Assembly (NCBI GenBank): GCA_040756745.1
Contig: JBFLYO010000003.1
Span: forward strand, 15,072 to 79,071
Source: Bacteroidota bacterium
GTDB lineage: Bacteria; Bacteroidota; Ignavibacteria; UBA10030; UBA6906
Reading direction: 5' to 3'
Length of the DNA stretch: 64,000 nucleotides
Shown here: piece after piece, positions 19,980 to 30,433 of the stretch
Layout: each line of letters opens with the position of its first letter
How positions within the stretch are numbered: the first letter of the stretch is position 1
Translations under genes and position numbers: made by a program
The notes under the pieces: generated by a model
Databases searched by the model: none
What the model saw: the letters and a program-made list of their open reading frames with translations, nothing else
Told to the model about the DNA's origin: nothing

Positions 19980-21695
19980 ATGCTCAAGTCTCTGTCCATT
20001 AGGAACTATGCCCTGGTGGAGGAACTCGAGGTCGAGCTCTCCAGCGGGCTGGTCATCCTCACGGGCGAAACCGGGTCCGGCAAATCCATCATCATCGGCG
20101 CTCTCAGCCTGCTCCTCGGTGACCGCGCGAGCAGCGACGTGGTGCGGAAGGGAGCCGAGAAGGCGGTCGTCGAGGGGGTGTTCCAGACCGCAGACAATGC
20201 CCGGCTCCGCTGGCTTATGGAAGAGAACGGGCTTCAACCGGAGGATGAACTGATTGTGAGGCGGGAAGTTTCGGCAAAGGGCCAGAGCCGATGCTTTGTT
20301 GCCGATTCTCCGGTCACGCTGGCGCTCCAGAAGCAGATCGGGGAGCTCCTTGTCGACCTGCACGGCCAGCACGAGCACCAGTCGTTGCTGCGTGTCGACA
20401 CCCATATCGCGATGCTTGACGATTTCGGCGGGCTGGACGGGATGGTGGAGGAGTTCCGGGGACTGCGGAAGAAGCTGAATGATGTGACCGCCCGGCTCGA
20501 GGAACTGCGCCAGCGTGAACGACAGCTTGCGGAAAAGAAGGAGTTCTACGAGTTCCAGATTCGCGAGATCGACGCCGTCGATCCGAAGCCGGGGGAAGAA
20601 GGTCGGCTGGAGGGGGAGCTGAAGATCCTCGAGAATGCAGAGAAGCTCTTCAGCGCGACGGGGACGCTCTATGGTCTCCTCTCCGACGGAGAACAATCGG
20701 TCCGTGATATGCTGGTGATCGTGCGGAACCAGTTGCAGGACCTGGCAGGGATCGACAAGGAGTTTGGCGAGGCCGCGCACGAGTGCGCCTCAGCAGAAGC
20801 AGTGGTGAGCGAGCTGGCCAAGTTCATCCAGTCGTACAATGCACGGATTGAGTTCAATCCCGAGCGGCTGGAAGAGCTCCGTGAGCGACTGGGACGTCTC
20901 GCGATGCTCAAGCGAAAATATGGCGGCTCCATCGAGAGCACGATCGCACACCGGGAAAAGATCGGGCAGGAAGTCCTGCTGGCGGAGAACTTCGGCGATG
21001 TGCTTTCCCGCCTCAGCACGGAACAGGAGGAGGCCCGGCAAGCCTGTGCGGCCGTTGCACAGCGTCTGTCCTCAAAACGCCACGATGTTGCAAAGAAGGT
21101 GGACAGGGCGATCGTCGGCGAGCTGGAAAAGCTCGGGATACGGAACGCGCGGTTCTCAACGCGCATCACCCAGGAGGAGATCGATGGAGCGGGAGAAGGG
21201 GTCGATTTCCTCCGGATGGGGCGCAAGAGTCTCCGGATGAATCCGCGCGGCTGCGATACCGTGGAGTTCTTTATCTCGACAAACCTTGGTGAAGAGGAAA
21301 AACCGCTCGCTAAGGTTGCCTCGGGGGGCGAGATCTCGCGCATCATGCTCGCGTTAAAAAGCATCCTTGCAAAGTCCGACCGGCTTCCCGTGCTCATATT
21401 TGATGAAATCGACGTCGGCGTGAGCGGGCGCGTTGCGCAGACGGTAGGCCAGAGCTTGAAATCCCTTTCCGGATTCCACCAGGTCGTGGCTATCACCCAC
21501 CTGCCGCAGATCGCGGGGCTGGCGGACACGCACTTCGTGGTTTTGAAAACTGAGCAGGGAAGGAGGACGGTGACGACCATGCGCCGGCTGACACTGGAGG
21601 AGCAGGTCGAAGAGGTGGCGCGACTGATGAGCGGCGCGGAGGTCACCGACGCTGGCTTACAGGGCGCACGGGAGTTAATGGGGCTGGAAGAATGA
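19980..21695 (+). CDS. recN: DNA repair protein RecN
   Basis: SMC-like N-terminus (LTGETGSGKSIIIGAL), long coiled coils and a C-terminal ABC signature region. Confidence 0.95.
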   Translation: MLKSLSIRNYALVEELEVELSSGLVILTGETGSGKSIIIGALSLLLGDRASSDVVRKGAEKAVVEGVFQTADNARLRWLMEENGLQPEDELIVRREVSAKGQSRCFVADSPVTLALQKQIGELLVDLHGQHEHQSLLRVDTHIAMLDDFGGLDGMVEEFRGLRKKLNDVTARLEELRQRERQLAEKKEFYEFQIREIDAVDPKPGEEGRLEGELKILENAEKLFSATGTLYGLLSDGEQSVRDMLVIVRNQLQDLAGIDKEFGEAAHECASAEAVVSELAKFIQSYNARIEFNPERLEELRERLGRLAMLKRKYGGSIESTIAHREKIGQEVLLAENFGDVLSRLSTEQEEARQACAAVAQRLSSKRHDVAKKVDRAIVGELEKLGIRNARFSTRITQEEIDGAGEGVDFLRMGRKSLRMNPRGCDTVEFFISTNLGEEEKPLAKVASGGEISRIMLALKSILAKSDRLPVLIFDEIDVGVSGRVAQTVGQSLKSLSGFHQVVAITHLPQIAGLADTHFVVLKTEQGRRTVTTMRRLTLEEQVEEVARLMSGAEVTDAGLQGARELMGLEE

Positions 21696-23140
21696 TCCAG
21701 GTGTACAATACGCTGAAGCGAACGCTGGAACCGTTCGTGCCCCTCCACGAAGGATTCGTCGGCATCTATGTCTGCGGCCCGACGGTCTACGGACACTCGC
21801 ACCTCGGTCATGCAAAAAGTTACGTCTCATTCGACGTCGTGGTCCGCTACCTCCGCGCGAGCGGTTTCAAGGTCCTCTACGTGCAGAACATCACCGACGT
21901 GGGGCACCTCACCGACGACGCAGACGAGGGTGAAGACAAGCTCGTCAAGCAGGCGCGTGCGGACCGTATCCATCCGATGCAGCTTGCGGAGCTGTACACG
22001 CGGAGTTACTTCGAGGACATGGATGCGCTGAACGTGATCCGCCCCGACATCGTGCCACGGGCGACAGGGCACATCACGGAGCAGATCGCCATGATCCGCG
22101 TGTTGCAGGAGAAAGGGCTGGCCTATGAAGTCCACGGGTCTGTCTACTTCGACGTGGAGAAATTCCCCGGATATGGGAAGCTCTCGGGACGCTCTGTCGA
22201 TGAGCTGAATGCGGGCGCGCGGGTGCAGGTCAACGAAGACAAGCGACACCCGGCGGACTTTGCGCTCTGGAAAAGAGCGGAACCGGGGCACATCATGCGC
22301 TGGCCAAGCCCGTGGGGTGAGGGTTTCCCGGGATGGCACATCGAATGCTCCGCCATGTCCATCAAGTATCTCGGAGACAGCTTCGACATCCACGGCGGCG
22401 GGCTGGAGAATCAGTTTCCTCATCACGAGTGCGAGATCGCGCAGAGCGAAGCCGTCACGGGGAATCCGTTCGTGCGGTACTGGCTCCACAACAATATGGT
22501 GACCGTCGACGGACGCAAAATGGGGAAGTCGCTCGGGAACTTCATTACGCTCAAGGATGCCTTTAAGAAATGGGAGCCGCAGGTGGTGCGGTTCTTCATC
22601 CTGCAGAGCCATTACCGGAGCACGCTGGACTTCAGCGATACGGCGGTCGAGGCGTCGGCGGCCGGCTACGGGAAACTCCTGAACGCGGTAAAGAACCTCC
22701 GCGATCGCGTCAGGACAGCGGGCAATGAGGGCGAGTCGCACGGCATCGATCTCACGCGGTACGCGACAGACTTCCAGGCCGCCATGGACGAAGATTTCAA
22801 CACGCCGAAAGCCATCGCTGCGCTCTTCGACCTGGCACGTGAGGTGAACCTCCTGCTGAGCGACGGCCGCACGTACGCGAAGGCCGGTCTGCGGGCGATC
22901 GAACAGCACTTCGATACCAATGCCGGTGACATCCTTGGACTGACGCTCGGTGCCGGGGAACAATCGGCGGGCGATGCAACCCTTGTGGCGTCGCTGATGG
23001 AGCTGCTCATCGGCATCAGGGCGGAGATCCGCGCGCAGAAACTCTGGGGACTCTCGGACAGGATACGGGACGGCCTGGCAAAGCTAGGGATCGCGCTCGA
23101 AGACAAGAAGACGGGGACATCCTGGAAAAAGGCTTCCTGA
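21692..23140 (+). CDS. cysS: cysteine--tRNA ligase
   Basis: HIGH-like ([14 protein letters not shown]) and KMSKS (KMGKSLGN) motifs, plus zinc-binding cysteines. Confidence 0.95.
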   Translation: MIQVYNTLKRTLEPFVPLHEGFVGIYVCGPTVYGHSHLGHAKSYVSFDVVVRYLRASGFKVLYVQNITDVGHLTDDADEGEDKLVKQARADRIHPMQLAELYTRSYFEDMDALNVIRPDIVPRATGHITEQIAMIRVLQEKGLAYEVHGSVYFDVEKFPGYGKLSGRSVDELNAGARVQVNEDKRHPADFALWKRAEPGHIMRWPSPWGEGFPGWHIECSAMSIKYLGDSFDIHGGGLENQFPHHECEIAQSEAVTGNPFVRYWLHNNMVTVDGRKMGKSLGNFITLKDAFKKWEPQVVRFFILQSHYRSTLDFSDTAVEASAAGYGKLLNAVKNLRDRVRTAGNEGESHGIDLTRYATDFQAAMDEDFNTPKAIAALFDLAREVNLLLSDGRTYAKAGLRAIEQHFDTNAGDILGLTLGAGEQSAGDATLVASLMELLIGIRAEIRAQKLWGLSDRIRDGLAKLGIALEDKKTGTSWKKAS

Positions 23141-23277
23141 TACTGGCAGACGGGCTGGTCCTCACCTGCGACGGCACGAACAGGGGTGGGCGGCTCAGCC
23201 TTCTTATCCGCGACGGCCGGATCGTCGATATCGCCTCCGAGTCAGCCCCGTTCGCGTCGCTCTATCCCAATGCGCGT

Positions 23278-24645
23278 GTGGTCGACGCTTCCGCACACCT
23301 TCTCACTCCCGGGTTCGTCAACGTCCATTGCCACAGCGAGAGCATCATCCTCCGGTTTGTCACCGGACAACGCCCCTTTGCGGAGTGGCCCTCCCTTGCT
23401 CCTCTTCGGGAAGCAATTGCGACGCTCCGTTCCCCCGCAGTCGTGTCGCGCGTGGCGGAACTCTACACCGTGGCCGGCGTATACCACTTACTCGGCGGGA
23501 CTACGTCCCTCGGCGAATATCCCCTTCCCTATGAGCCGGAGGGAATCAACGCGACATTGACCGGCCTAGCACGCGGCGGTGTCAGACACAGAGTTGTCCT
23601 GCAGGAGTGGGAACAGATTGCCGCAGCGCGCGCCCGACCGGACGCGGCAACGTTGTTCACGATCTCGCTCGGTCCCGAAGAAGCATACACCGTTTACAGC
23701 TTCGAAAATCTCTTGCGTGCTGCGCGCGAGATCCAGTGCCCCCTGACGGCACACATCGGCGAACAACGACGGGAGACCGACACACTGCGGCGAAACTTCA
23801 AGAAAGCGCCACTCGCGGTCCTGAACGAGTTCGGTGCACTCTCGGCGTCAACCCAGATTCTCCATGCGAACCATCTGGGCGGCGCCGACCTTGATGCGGT
23901 GCGTGACGTGGACGGGACCATGACCCTCTGCGCCTGCTCGGGCGCGACGAAACAAACCGGGTATCCCGTGTTCACCCACCTGACGTCACACGATGTGCGG
24001 CTCAGTCTGGGGACGGACTGGGGGGTGGGGTCGATCCTCGGCGAGATCAAATTCCTCCGTGCCCTCCCGCAACTCGCACCGGGGGTTCGCCGCTTCCAAC
24101 CGACGGAATTGCTCCGCATGGGAACGATCAACGGCGCCCATGCCCTCGGGATCGCGCACCAAACCGGTTCGCTTGAGGTGGGGAAGAAGGCGGATCTGGT
24201 GATGTTCGCGCTGGATGATCTCCGGCTGCCTCCGTTGAGGCATTCCGCGACTTCCGCGGATCTCGCGTCTTTCCTGGTGGACCATATAGGCCCTGCGGCG
24301 ATCACCGACGTCATGGTGGACGGCAGGTTTCTCATCCGTAACCGGCGGCCGGGCAATCTCGACGAGGCGGAAATCAGACAACATGCACAATCACTATACA
24401 GCATGCTGGTATCGCACACGCCCATGGAGGAAGTCGTTCTGCGGGCAGTAAAATCTGATAGAGTATCCCTGGAAGAACCGAGTGCATTCCTCCGCGGCCC
24501 CCAGAGCTCTTCCCCGGATCCTGATCCCGCACATCGGGCGAACCTGGAACCCCCAACTGCCGCACCTCCTCCGGCACGCACATCACGCATGCCTGAACTT
24601 TCGCGCACCGTCAAGAAGGTCTTCGGCGAGGATGACGCGGGATGA
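23278..24645 (+). CDS. metal-dependent amidohydrolase (MtaD/SsnA/cytosine deaminase-like). The true N-terminus very likely extends upstream to about 23122-23143 without a canonical start codon
   Basis: HxH (VNVHCHS), a conserved His, and GKKADLV near the C-terminus. The in-frame upstream sequence [19 protein letters not shown]...LLIRDGRIVDI is the canonical amidohydrolase N-terminus but contains no ATG/GTG/TTG. Confidence 0.8.
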   Translation: MVDASAHLLTPGFVNVHCHSESIILRFVTGQRPFAEWPSLAPLREAIATLRSPAVVSRVAELYTVAGVYHLLGGTTSLGEYPLPYEPEGINATLTGLARGGVRHRVVLQEWEQIAAARARPDAATLFTISLGPEEAYTVYSFENLLRAAREIQCPLTAHIGEQRRETDTLRRNFKKAPLAVLNEFGALSASTQILHANHLGGADLDAVRDVDGTMTLCACSGATKQTGYPVFTHLTSHDVRLSLGTDWGVGSILGEIKFLRALPQLAPGVRRFQPTELLRMGTINGAHALGIAHQTGSLEVGKKADLVMFALDDLRLPPLRHSATSADLASFLVDHIGPAAITDVMVDGRFLIRNRRPGNLDEAEIRQHAQSLYSMLVSHTPMEEVVLRAVKSDRVSLEEPSAFLRGPQSSSPDPDPAHRANLEPPTAAPPPARTSRMPELSRTVKKVFGEDDAG

Positions 24646-25430
24646 GCGTCGCGTCGCGACACAAGCTCGGGTGTACAGTGGTTGCCGTGTGCCTGGCTGT
24701 TACCTCCCACCACGCTTTCGCACAGGGCTCAGCAGGCACAGCCGGCAAGCTTGAGCCGAGGTATCTCACCGACGTCCCGACTGCCGGGATGATCGATAAG
24801 GGAAATTTCGCGGTCGATATCGATTTCTACCGCGCGGGAGGCGTCCTCGTCGGATTCTCAGCCGGGATATTCAACCGCGTCAGCATGGGCATCTCGTACG
24901 GAGGGTCGAAGCTCATCGGCGGAGAATCGCCCGAGTTGAATGAAACGCCCGGCGTGAACGTGAAGATACGCGTGGCGGAAGAAGGGATGCTCTTTCCCGC
25001 GCTGGTTCTTGGCTTCGACTCGCAGGGGAAAGAGGGGTATATCAAATCCCTCAGCCGGTATGCGATCAAATCACCGGGGCTGTACGCGGTCGTCAGCAAG
25101 AACTACGCTGCGCTCGGCTACCTCAGTCTTCACGGTGGGGTGAACTACTCGTTCGAGCGTGCGGATGGCGATAAGGATCCGAACGTGTTTGTCGGCCTCG
25201 AAAAGACCATCGGACCGATCGTGTCGATGACGGTCGAGTACAGCCTCGGGCTGAACGACAACGGAGGTGACGCGATAGGGAGAGGAAAAGGGTACCTCAA
25301 TGCCGCACTGAAAGTGACTCTCGGCAGCGGCCTGACGCTCGGCGTGAACATGAAAGACCTCCTGAAGAACGGAGAGGATCTGAACATCGCCAACCGGACC
25401 GTGCACATTGAATTCTCAAAGCCCTTTTAG
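24642..25430 (+). CDS. outer membrane beta-barrel protein, function unknown
   Basis: Signal peptide (…HHAFAQGS), alternating beta-strand pattern and C-terminal aromatic (…SKPF). The start overlaps the upstream stop (ATGA). Confidence 0.5.
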   Translation: MSVASRHKLGCTVVAVCLAVTSHHAFAQGSAGTAGKLEPRYLTDVPTAGMIDKGNFAVDIDFYRAGGVLVGFSAGIFNRVSMGISYGGSKLIGGESPELNETPGVNVKIRVAEEGMLFPALVLGFDSQGKEGYIKSLSRYAIKSPGLYAVVSKNYAALGYLSLHGGVNYSFERADGDKDPNVFVGLEKTIGPIVSMTVEYSLGLNDNGGDAIGRGKGYLNAALKVTLGSGLTLGVNMKDLLKNGEDLNIANRTVHIEFSKPF

Positions 25431-25617
25431 CGTTGTAAACACAGGAAGGGCGCTGTGCTCTTAAATGAACGGTCGGTCGATAGGTGTCCAAAAATATGCA
25501 CATGGGAGAGCGCAACTCCTTCTCCCTCCTCTATTTTCAGGGCATTCTGATGGCACCCTTCTTGCAAACAAATTGGATACACCCACCGGACGGTCTCTCA
25601 ATGGAGGAGAGAACGAT

Positions 25618-26481
25618 ATGAACGCCAGATATGCAGCGATAGTCCTTGTTGCGATGGGAGCCCTCGGCGCCATCGCGCTCACAGGTTGTTACACTCAGTT
25701 CGGCACTCTTACCGAAGACAAGGAGCCCGGGGTCACGTCAGAGCCGGAGGAGTACGGGGAAGGAGTGACAGACGAAGAGTATGCCGAGGCACGGCAGCGG
25801 TTTTACTATGATTCGTATTATCCTGCTATCGATGTCGGGTTCTCGTTTGGGTGGGGCTATCCCTGGTACGGCTACCATCGTCCATGGTACGGCTACGGAT
25901 TTGGCTCCCCCTGGTATGGATACGGGTATCCCTGGTATTACGACCCGTTCTATTATGGCAATTACTATGGAGTCTATTCTCCATGGTACGTCGGGCCCTT
26001 CTACCGCGGCGGCTATTATTCTGATAGGGCACCGAGTGTGAACACGACCCGGAGGATCGGATCGACGAGGACGCTCGGCGGGACGCGCGGTTCCACGGAT
26101 TATCGGGGGACCTCCACCGAGTTCGCTCCGCTTCCGACGGGGAAGAGATCGAGTGGCACGGTGACCACGGGCTCATCCGCGCCGACGTCGGGCGGTCGGT
26201 CAGGGGTGAACACGGGCCGCAGGGGGACGGCGGGGGAGCGGCGGGATGGATCGCAGGGGCGCACGGTCAGCACTCCCCCAAAGGGAGGTTCGCGTGAGCA
26301 AGCGGCTCCTGCACCTTCTTCCGATACGCGACGAGGAAGTTCGGGTGGAAGCAGGACGCCGTCGTACACTCCACCACCTTCTTCTCCTCCTCCCTCAAGC
26401 GCTCCTTCTTCGGGGGGCAGCCGTGGCGGTGAAAGTCGCGGCGGAAGCGGTGGAGGCAACAGGGGCGGCGGCCGGCGGTAA
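25618..26481 (+). CDS. lipoprotein with Tyr/Trp/Gly-rich aromatic repeat block (PWYGY-type) and Ser/Gly/Arg/Pro-rich disordered tail
   Basis: RBS GGAGG before the ATG at 25618 and lipobox LTGC. The aromatic block is GWGYPWYGYHRPWYGYGFGSPWYGYGYPWYYDPFYYGNYYGVYSPWYVGPFY. The C-terminus is RGG/SGG-rich. Confidence 0.55.
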   Translation: MNARYAAIVLVAMGALGAIALTGCYTQFGTLTEDKEPGVTSEPEEYGEGVTDEEYAEARQRFYYDSYYPAIDVGFSFGWGYPWYGYHRPWYGYGFGSPWYGYGYPWYYDPFYYGNYYGVYSPWYVGPFYRGGYYSDRAPSVNTTRRIGSTRTLGGTRGSTDYRGTSTEFAPLPTGKRSSGTVTTGSSAPTSGGRSGVNTGRRGTAGERRDGSQGRTVSTPPKGGSREQAAPAPSSDTRRGSSGGSRTPSYTPPPSSPPPSSAPSSGGSRGGESRGGSGGGNRGGGRR

Positions 26482-26520
26482 TGCATCAGTGCACCCTCTG
26501 CTCTTGACACGAGGACGACA

Positions 26521-27948
26521 ATGAAACGATCAGTTGTTGCAGTAGCACTCGTTGCCCTGCTGGGGGGTTCCGCGCAGGCGCAGTTCCCCGAAGACGCTCT
26601 CCGGTTTGCGACGCCCGGGCTGGGTGTCGGTGCGCGGGCGATCGGCATGGGCGGCGCGTACACCGGCGTTGCCTCCGACTACAGCGCCATCTTCTGGAAC
26701 CCGGCGGGTCTGGCACAGGCGACGTACGGCGAATTCTCCGCCGGGCTGTCCTATGCGGCGAACGACAACACGAGCTCCTTCTTCAACGCCCAGCAAGGAT
26801 TCTCCACCAACGCCACAAACCTCAACACACTGGGGATTGTGCATCCCCTGCCGGTCCGACGGGGGAGCGCGGTCCTCGCGTTCGGCTTCCATCGGCAGAG
26901 CTCGTTTGCGAATGGCGTCTCCTTCTCGGGATTTAACGGCAACAGCTCCATCATCCAGACGTTTGCGCCGGACGGCGGCTTCTATCCTTCCGATCTGTCC
27001 GGCAATGTCGCCTATCAACTCTATCTTGCGAACCTGGATACCACGACGGGCAGGTTCGACAGTCCCATCAGGGACCGTCTGACACAGATCGGCAAGGTCG
27101 TGGAAGGTGGAGGGCTGAACAACTGGTCGATCGCCGGCGCAGTGGACGTGGCGAAGAACTTCGCGGCCGGGATGACGCTGACCTATCTGGGAGGGAGCTA
27201 CCGGTACGACAGGAATTACCGGGAAGAGGATACCCGTGGTGTCTACCAGGCGTTCCCGTTCGATTTCTCCTCAATGACGCTGGACGATTTCATTGAGAGC
27301 GACATCGCGGGATGGAATGCGAAGTTCGGAATCATGTTCCGGGAAGAGAACCGCTTCCGTATTGGATTTGCGGTGAGAACTCCCACAGAGTTCACCATCC
27401 GGGAGAAATTCGGGACGACCGCGCGCAGCTACTTTGACAACGGCGATATGAGACCGGCTGATGCCCCGTTCAACACAGAGTTTTCGAGCGAATATGACGT
27501 TGTGACCCCCTGGGTACTCAGCGGAGGAGTCTCGGTGATCATCCGGGACCTCGTGCTCTCGGGCGACGTCGAATTCACCGACTGGACTACGCTGGAATTC
27601 CGCAAAGCGAATTCCGACGTGATGGCGCAGAACGCGGACATGAAGACGATCTTCCAGCCGGCGGTGAATTACCGGGCCGGCGCGGAATTCGACATCCACG
27701 ATATCGGGCTCAGGCTCCGTGGCGGATTCGTCTATAACAAGTCTCCCTTCCGCAGCGACCCCGTCTCCTTTGACCAGAAGTATATCACCGGAGGGCTGGG
27801 AATCCTTGTGGGAGAGTCGACGATGATCGACATTGCGTATGCGCGGGGCTGGTGGGAGACCTTCGTGTACAATTATAACGCGACGTCGCGCGTGAACGAA
27901 TCGATGAAGACAAACACATTCATGCTGACGCTGACGCACCGCTTCTGA
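26521..27948 (+). CDS. FadL/PorV-like outer membrane beta-barrel protein
   Basis: Signal peptide. The N-terminal conserved block GMGGAYTGVASDYSAIFWNPAGLA is typical of FadL/TodX/PorV-like barrels. The terminal residues …THRF end in Phe. Confidence 0.6.
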   Translation: MKRSVVAVALVALLGGSAQAQFPEDALRFATPGLGVGARAIGMGGAYTGVASDYSAIFWNPAGLAQATYGEFSAGLSYAANDNTSSFFNAQQGFSTNATNLNTLGIVHPLPVRRGSAVLAFGFHRQSSFANGVSFSGFNGNSSIIQTFAPDGGFYPSDLSGNVAYQLYLANLDTTTGRFDSPIRDRLTQIGKVVEGGGLNNWSIAGAVDVAKNFAAGMTLTYLGGSYRYDRNYREEDTRGVYQAFPFDFSSMTLDDFIESDIAGWNAKFGIMFREENRFRIGFAVRTPTEFTIREKFGTTARSYFDNGDMRPADAPFNTEFSSEYDVVTPWVLSGGVSVIIRDLVLSGDVEFTDWTTLEFRKANSDVMAQNADMKTIFQPAVNYRAGAEFDIHDIGLRLRGGFVYNKSPFRSDPVSFDQKYITGGLGILVGESTMIDIAYARGWWETFVYNYNATSRVNESMKTNTFMLTLTHRF

Positions 27949-28018
27949 CCCATCAGGTTGCACGGAACGCGCCCGTTTGATATATTGAAGTCCATCGCTC
28001 GATGGACTTCATTGTTTT

Positions 28019-30433
28019 ATGACCAAGCGCGCGCGGGTGCTCACAGGCACGGTCGGGGTTCTCCTCGCCCTCCTCCTGGCCGCCGCCCTCTTCCTCCGCT
28101 ATCAGATTCGAAAGTCCTTTCCCGTTGACTCGGGCCTCCTGTCCGTCCCGGGACTCGACAGCGCGGTCACCGTGTCGCGAGACCCATACGGAGTTCCCGT
28201 CGTCGATGCGCGCAATGAACATGATCTGATGTTCGCCACGGGGTTCGTGCACGCACAGGACCGGCTCTGGCAAATGGACCTCGTTCGCCACGCGGGCGAG
28301 GGGCGTCTCTCGGAGCTCTTCGGACAATCCACCGTGCCGTTCGACAGGATGTTTCGCATCGTCGGGATCAGGCGTACTGCCGAAGCGATCGCTGCAACAA
28401 TGAGCCCCGCATCTCTGGAACGGCTCCAGTGGTATGCGGACGGGGTCAATGCGTGCATAGCGACAGCCGGCGGCGACCTCCCGGTGGAGTTCGATCTCCT
28501 CGGTTACCGGCCGGAACCCTGGACGCCGGTACACAGCATTCTCGTTGGACGTCTCATGGCGTGGGAACTGAACCTGTCCTGGTGGACCGATATCACGTAC
28601 GGCCTCGTCGCAGACAAAGTCGGCCCGCTGCGGGCCCTTGATCTGATGCCCGCCGATCCTCCGGAAGTCCCCCCCGCAGTTCCTGCAGGAGAATGGCGTG
28701 CGTATGCCTCCCTGGGGCGTTCGTATCTTCATGTCGCGCGGTCATACGCCGAGCGGTTCGGCAGAGCCTCCGTGATGGGGGGGAGCAATGCATGGGTGAT
28801 CGGCAGAGGGCGTTCATCGTCCGGGGCGGTCATCCTTGCCAACGATACCCACCTGCAGCTTGAATCTCCCTCGCGCTGGTACGAAATCCAGATGCAGATG
28901 CCCGGCATCCGCGTCCGGGGGATGTCGATCGCCGGTGTCCCCGCGGTGGTCTGCGGCAGGAACGGGTCTCTTGCGTGGGGGGTGACGAACGTGATGGCGG
29001 ACGACGCGGATTTCTATGCCGAGCAATTGGATTCCACGGGTGGAACCAGCTATGCCTACGGCGCCACATGGCGTCCCATCCGCGAGCTCCGGGAGGAGAT
29101 TAGCGTACTCGGTGACAGCGCCGTGCCACTTACGATCCGGATGACGCACCATGGACCTATCATTTCCGACGTTGACTATCCCCTGAAACGCGCACAGGTC
29201 CCCTATGTTGTGAGTATGCGATGGACCGGCAATGAACAAGACGACCAGTTCGGCGCGATCACTGCCATCAACCGTGCGACGAACTGGAAGGAATTTATTG
29301 CAGGGGTGCATGAATTCGCAGTGCCGGGACAGAACTTTGTGTATGGCGACTCCGCGGGGAACATCGGCTACTGGTGCGGCGCGAAGATTCCCCTCCGTGC
29401 CGCGCGGAGTTCATTGCTGCCGCTGCCCGGGTGGGACCCCGCCGCGGAGTGGCGGGGATACGTTCCCTTCGCGCGCCTCCCCCATCGCTTCAATCCTCCT
29501 GAGGGATTCATTGCGATGGCGAACAACAAGCTCGTGGACGATAGCTATCCCTACCGGATCAGCGATCTCTGGGAACCCTCCTCGCGCATCGAGCGGCTGA
29601 ATACGGTCCTCGGACGAACGGGCGACCGGTTTGCACTGCAGGATTTTGAATGGCTGCAGAATGACGCCTACTCGTACTATGCGAGGGAGATCGTCCCATT
29701 TATCCGGGAGGCATTCGCCGACAGTGGTGCGGGATTCCCCGGGAGCACACGCGTATTCGAGTATTTCAACAACTGGAACTTCCAGTTCGCGAAAGAAGAC
29801 ATTGCCACATCGATACTCCAGATGTTCCTCGTCCGGCTCGTGCGGAACGTCTACGCCGATGAGATGGGAGAGGATCTTCTCCATGACTGGGTGATGCTCT
29901 CCAACATTCCGCTCCGCGTAACGGCAAAGCTGCTCCGCGAGGGAACTTCTCCGTGGTTCGACGACGTCACGACTGAGGCTGTTGAAACGCGGGATGTCAT
30001 CATTCGCAGAAGTCTCCGCGAAGCGATGGAAGAACTCGACCATCGGTTCGGGAGCGATACGAAGCTCTGGCGCTGGGGAGAACTGCACACCGTCGTGCTG
30101 GAACATCCTTTCGGCAAACGCAGGCCGCTCGACCGGGTTTTCAACATCGGTCCCTTCCCGGTGAATGGTGCCTCGACGGCGCTGGTGAGCGGCGAATACA
30201 ATTTCAACGATCCCTTCAAGGTGACGGTCGGTCCTTCGTTCCGCCAGATCTTCGATTTTGCCGGAGACGGTCCCGTGCGGTCGGTGCTCCCCTCCGGTCA
30301 ATCGGGGCAGGCGTTTCACCTTCATTACGACGACCAGGTGCAGCTCTGGCTCAACGGAGGGTATCGCATCTCTTCCTTCTCTCACCCGGTGAGCGTGGGA
30401 GCGGCGATCCTCACACTGACGCCGCGTCAATGA
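28019..30433 (+). CDS. penicillin acylase family Ntn-hydrolase (penicillin amidase / acyl-homoserine-lactone acylase-like)
   Basis: An N-terminal TM/signal region is followed by the alpha-subunit motif FVHAQDRLWQMD and the beta-subunit nucleophile GGSNAWVIG. The protein is 804 aa. Confidence 0.85.
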   Translation: MTKRARVLTGTVGVLLALLLAAALFLRYQIRKSFPVDSGLLSVPGLDSAVTVSRDPYGVPVVDARNEHDLMFATGFVHAQDRLWQMDLVRHAGEGRLSELFGQSTVPFDRMFRIVGIRRTAEAIAATMSPASLERLQWYADGVNACIATAGGDLPVEFDLLGYRPEPWTPVHSILVGRLMAWELNLSWWTDITYGLVADKVGPLRALDLMPADPPEVPPAVPAGEWRAYASLGRSYLHVARSYAERFGRASVMGGSNAWVIGRGRSSSGAVILANDTHLQLESPSRWYEIQMQMPGIRVRGMSIAGVPAVVCGRNGSLAWGVTNVMADDADFYAEQLDSTGGTSYAYGATWRPIRELREEISVLGDSAVPLTIRMTHHGPIISDVDYPLKRAQVPYVVSMRWTGNEQDDQFGAITAINRATNWKEFIAGVHEFAVPGQNFVYGDSAGNIGYWCGAKIPLRAARSSLLPLPGWDPAAEWRGYVPFARLPHRFNPPEGFIAMANNKLVDDSYPYRISDLWEPSSRIERLNTVLGRTGDRFALQDFEWLQNDAYSYYAREIVPFIREAFADSGAGFPGSTRVFEYFNNWNFQFAKEDIATSILQMFLVRLVRNVYADEMGEDLLHDWVMLSNIPLRVTAKLLREGTSPWFDDVTTEAVETRDVIIRRSLREAMEELDHRFGSDTKLWRWGELHTVVLEHPFGKRRPLDRVFNIGPFPVNGASTALVSGEYNFNDPFKVTVGPSFRQIFDFAGDGPVRSVLPSGQSGQAFHLHYDDQVQLWLNGGYRISSFSHPVSVGAAILTLTPRQ

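Noticed and set aside
20669-21811. Long minus-strand ORFs over recN and cysS (20669-21811, 21827-22963, 19767-20780)
   Set aside because: They are antisense to confidently identified housekeeping genes and have no recognisable motifs.
25465-25617. Upstream 51-codon extension of the aromatic-repeat lipoprotein ORF
   Set aside because: The extension lacks a signal peptide and precedes a strong GGAGG RBS at the ATG at 25618, which begins a textbook lipoprotein signal.
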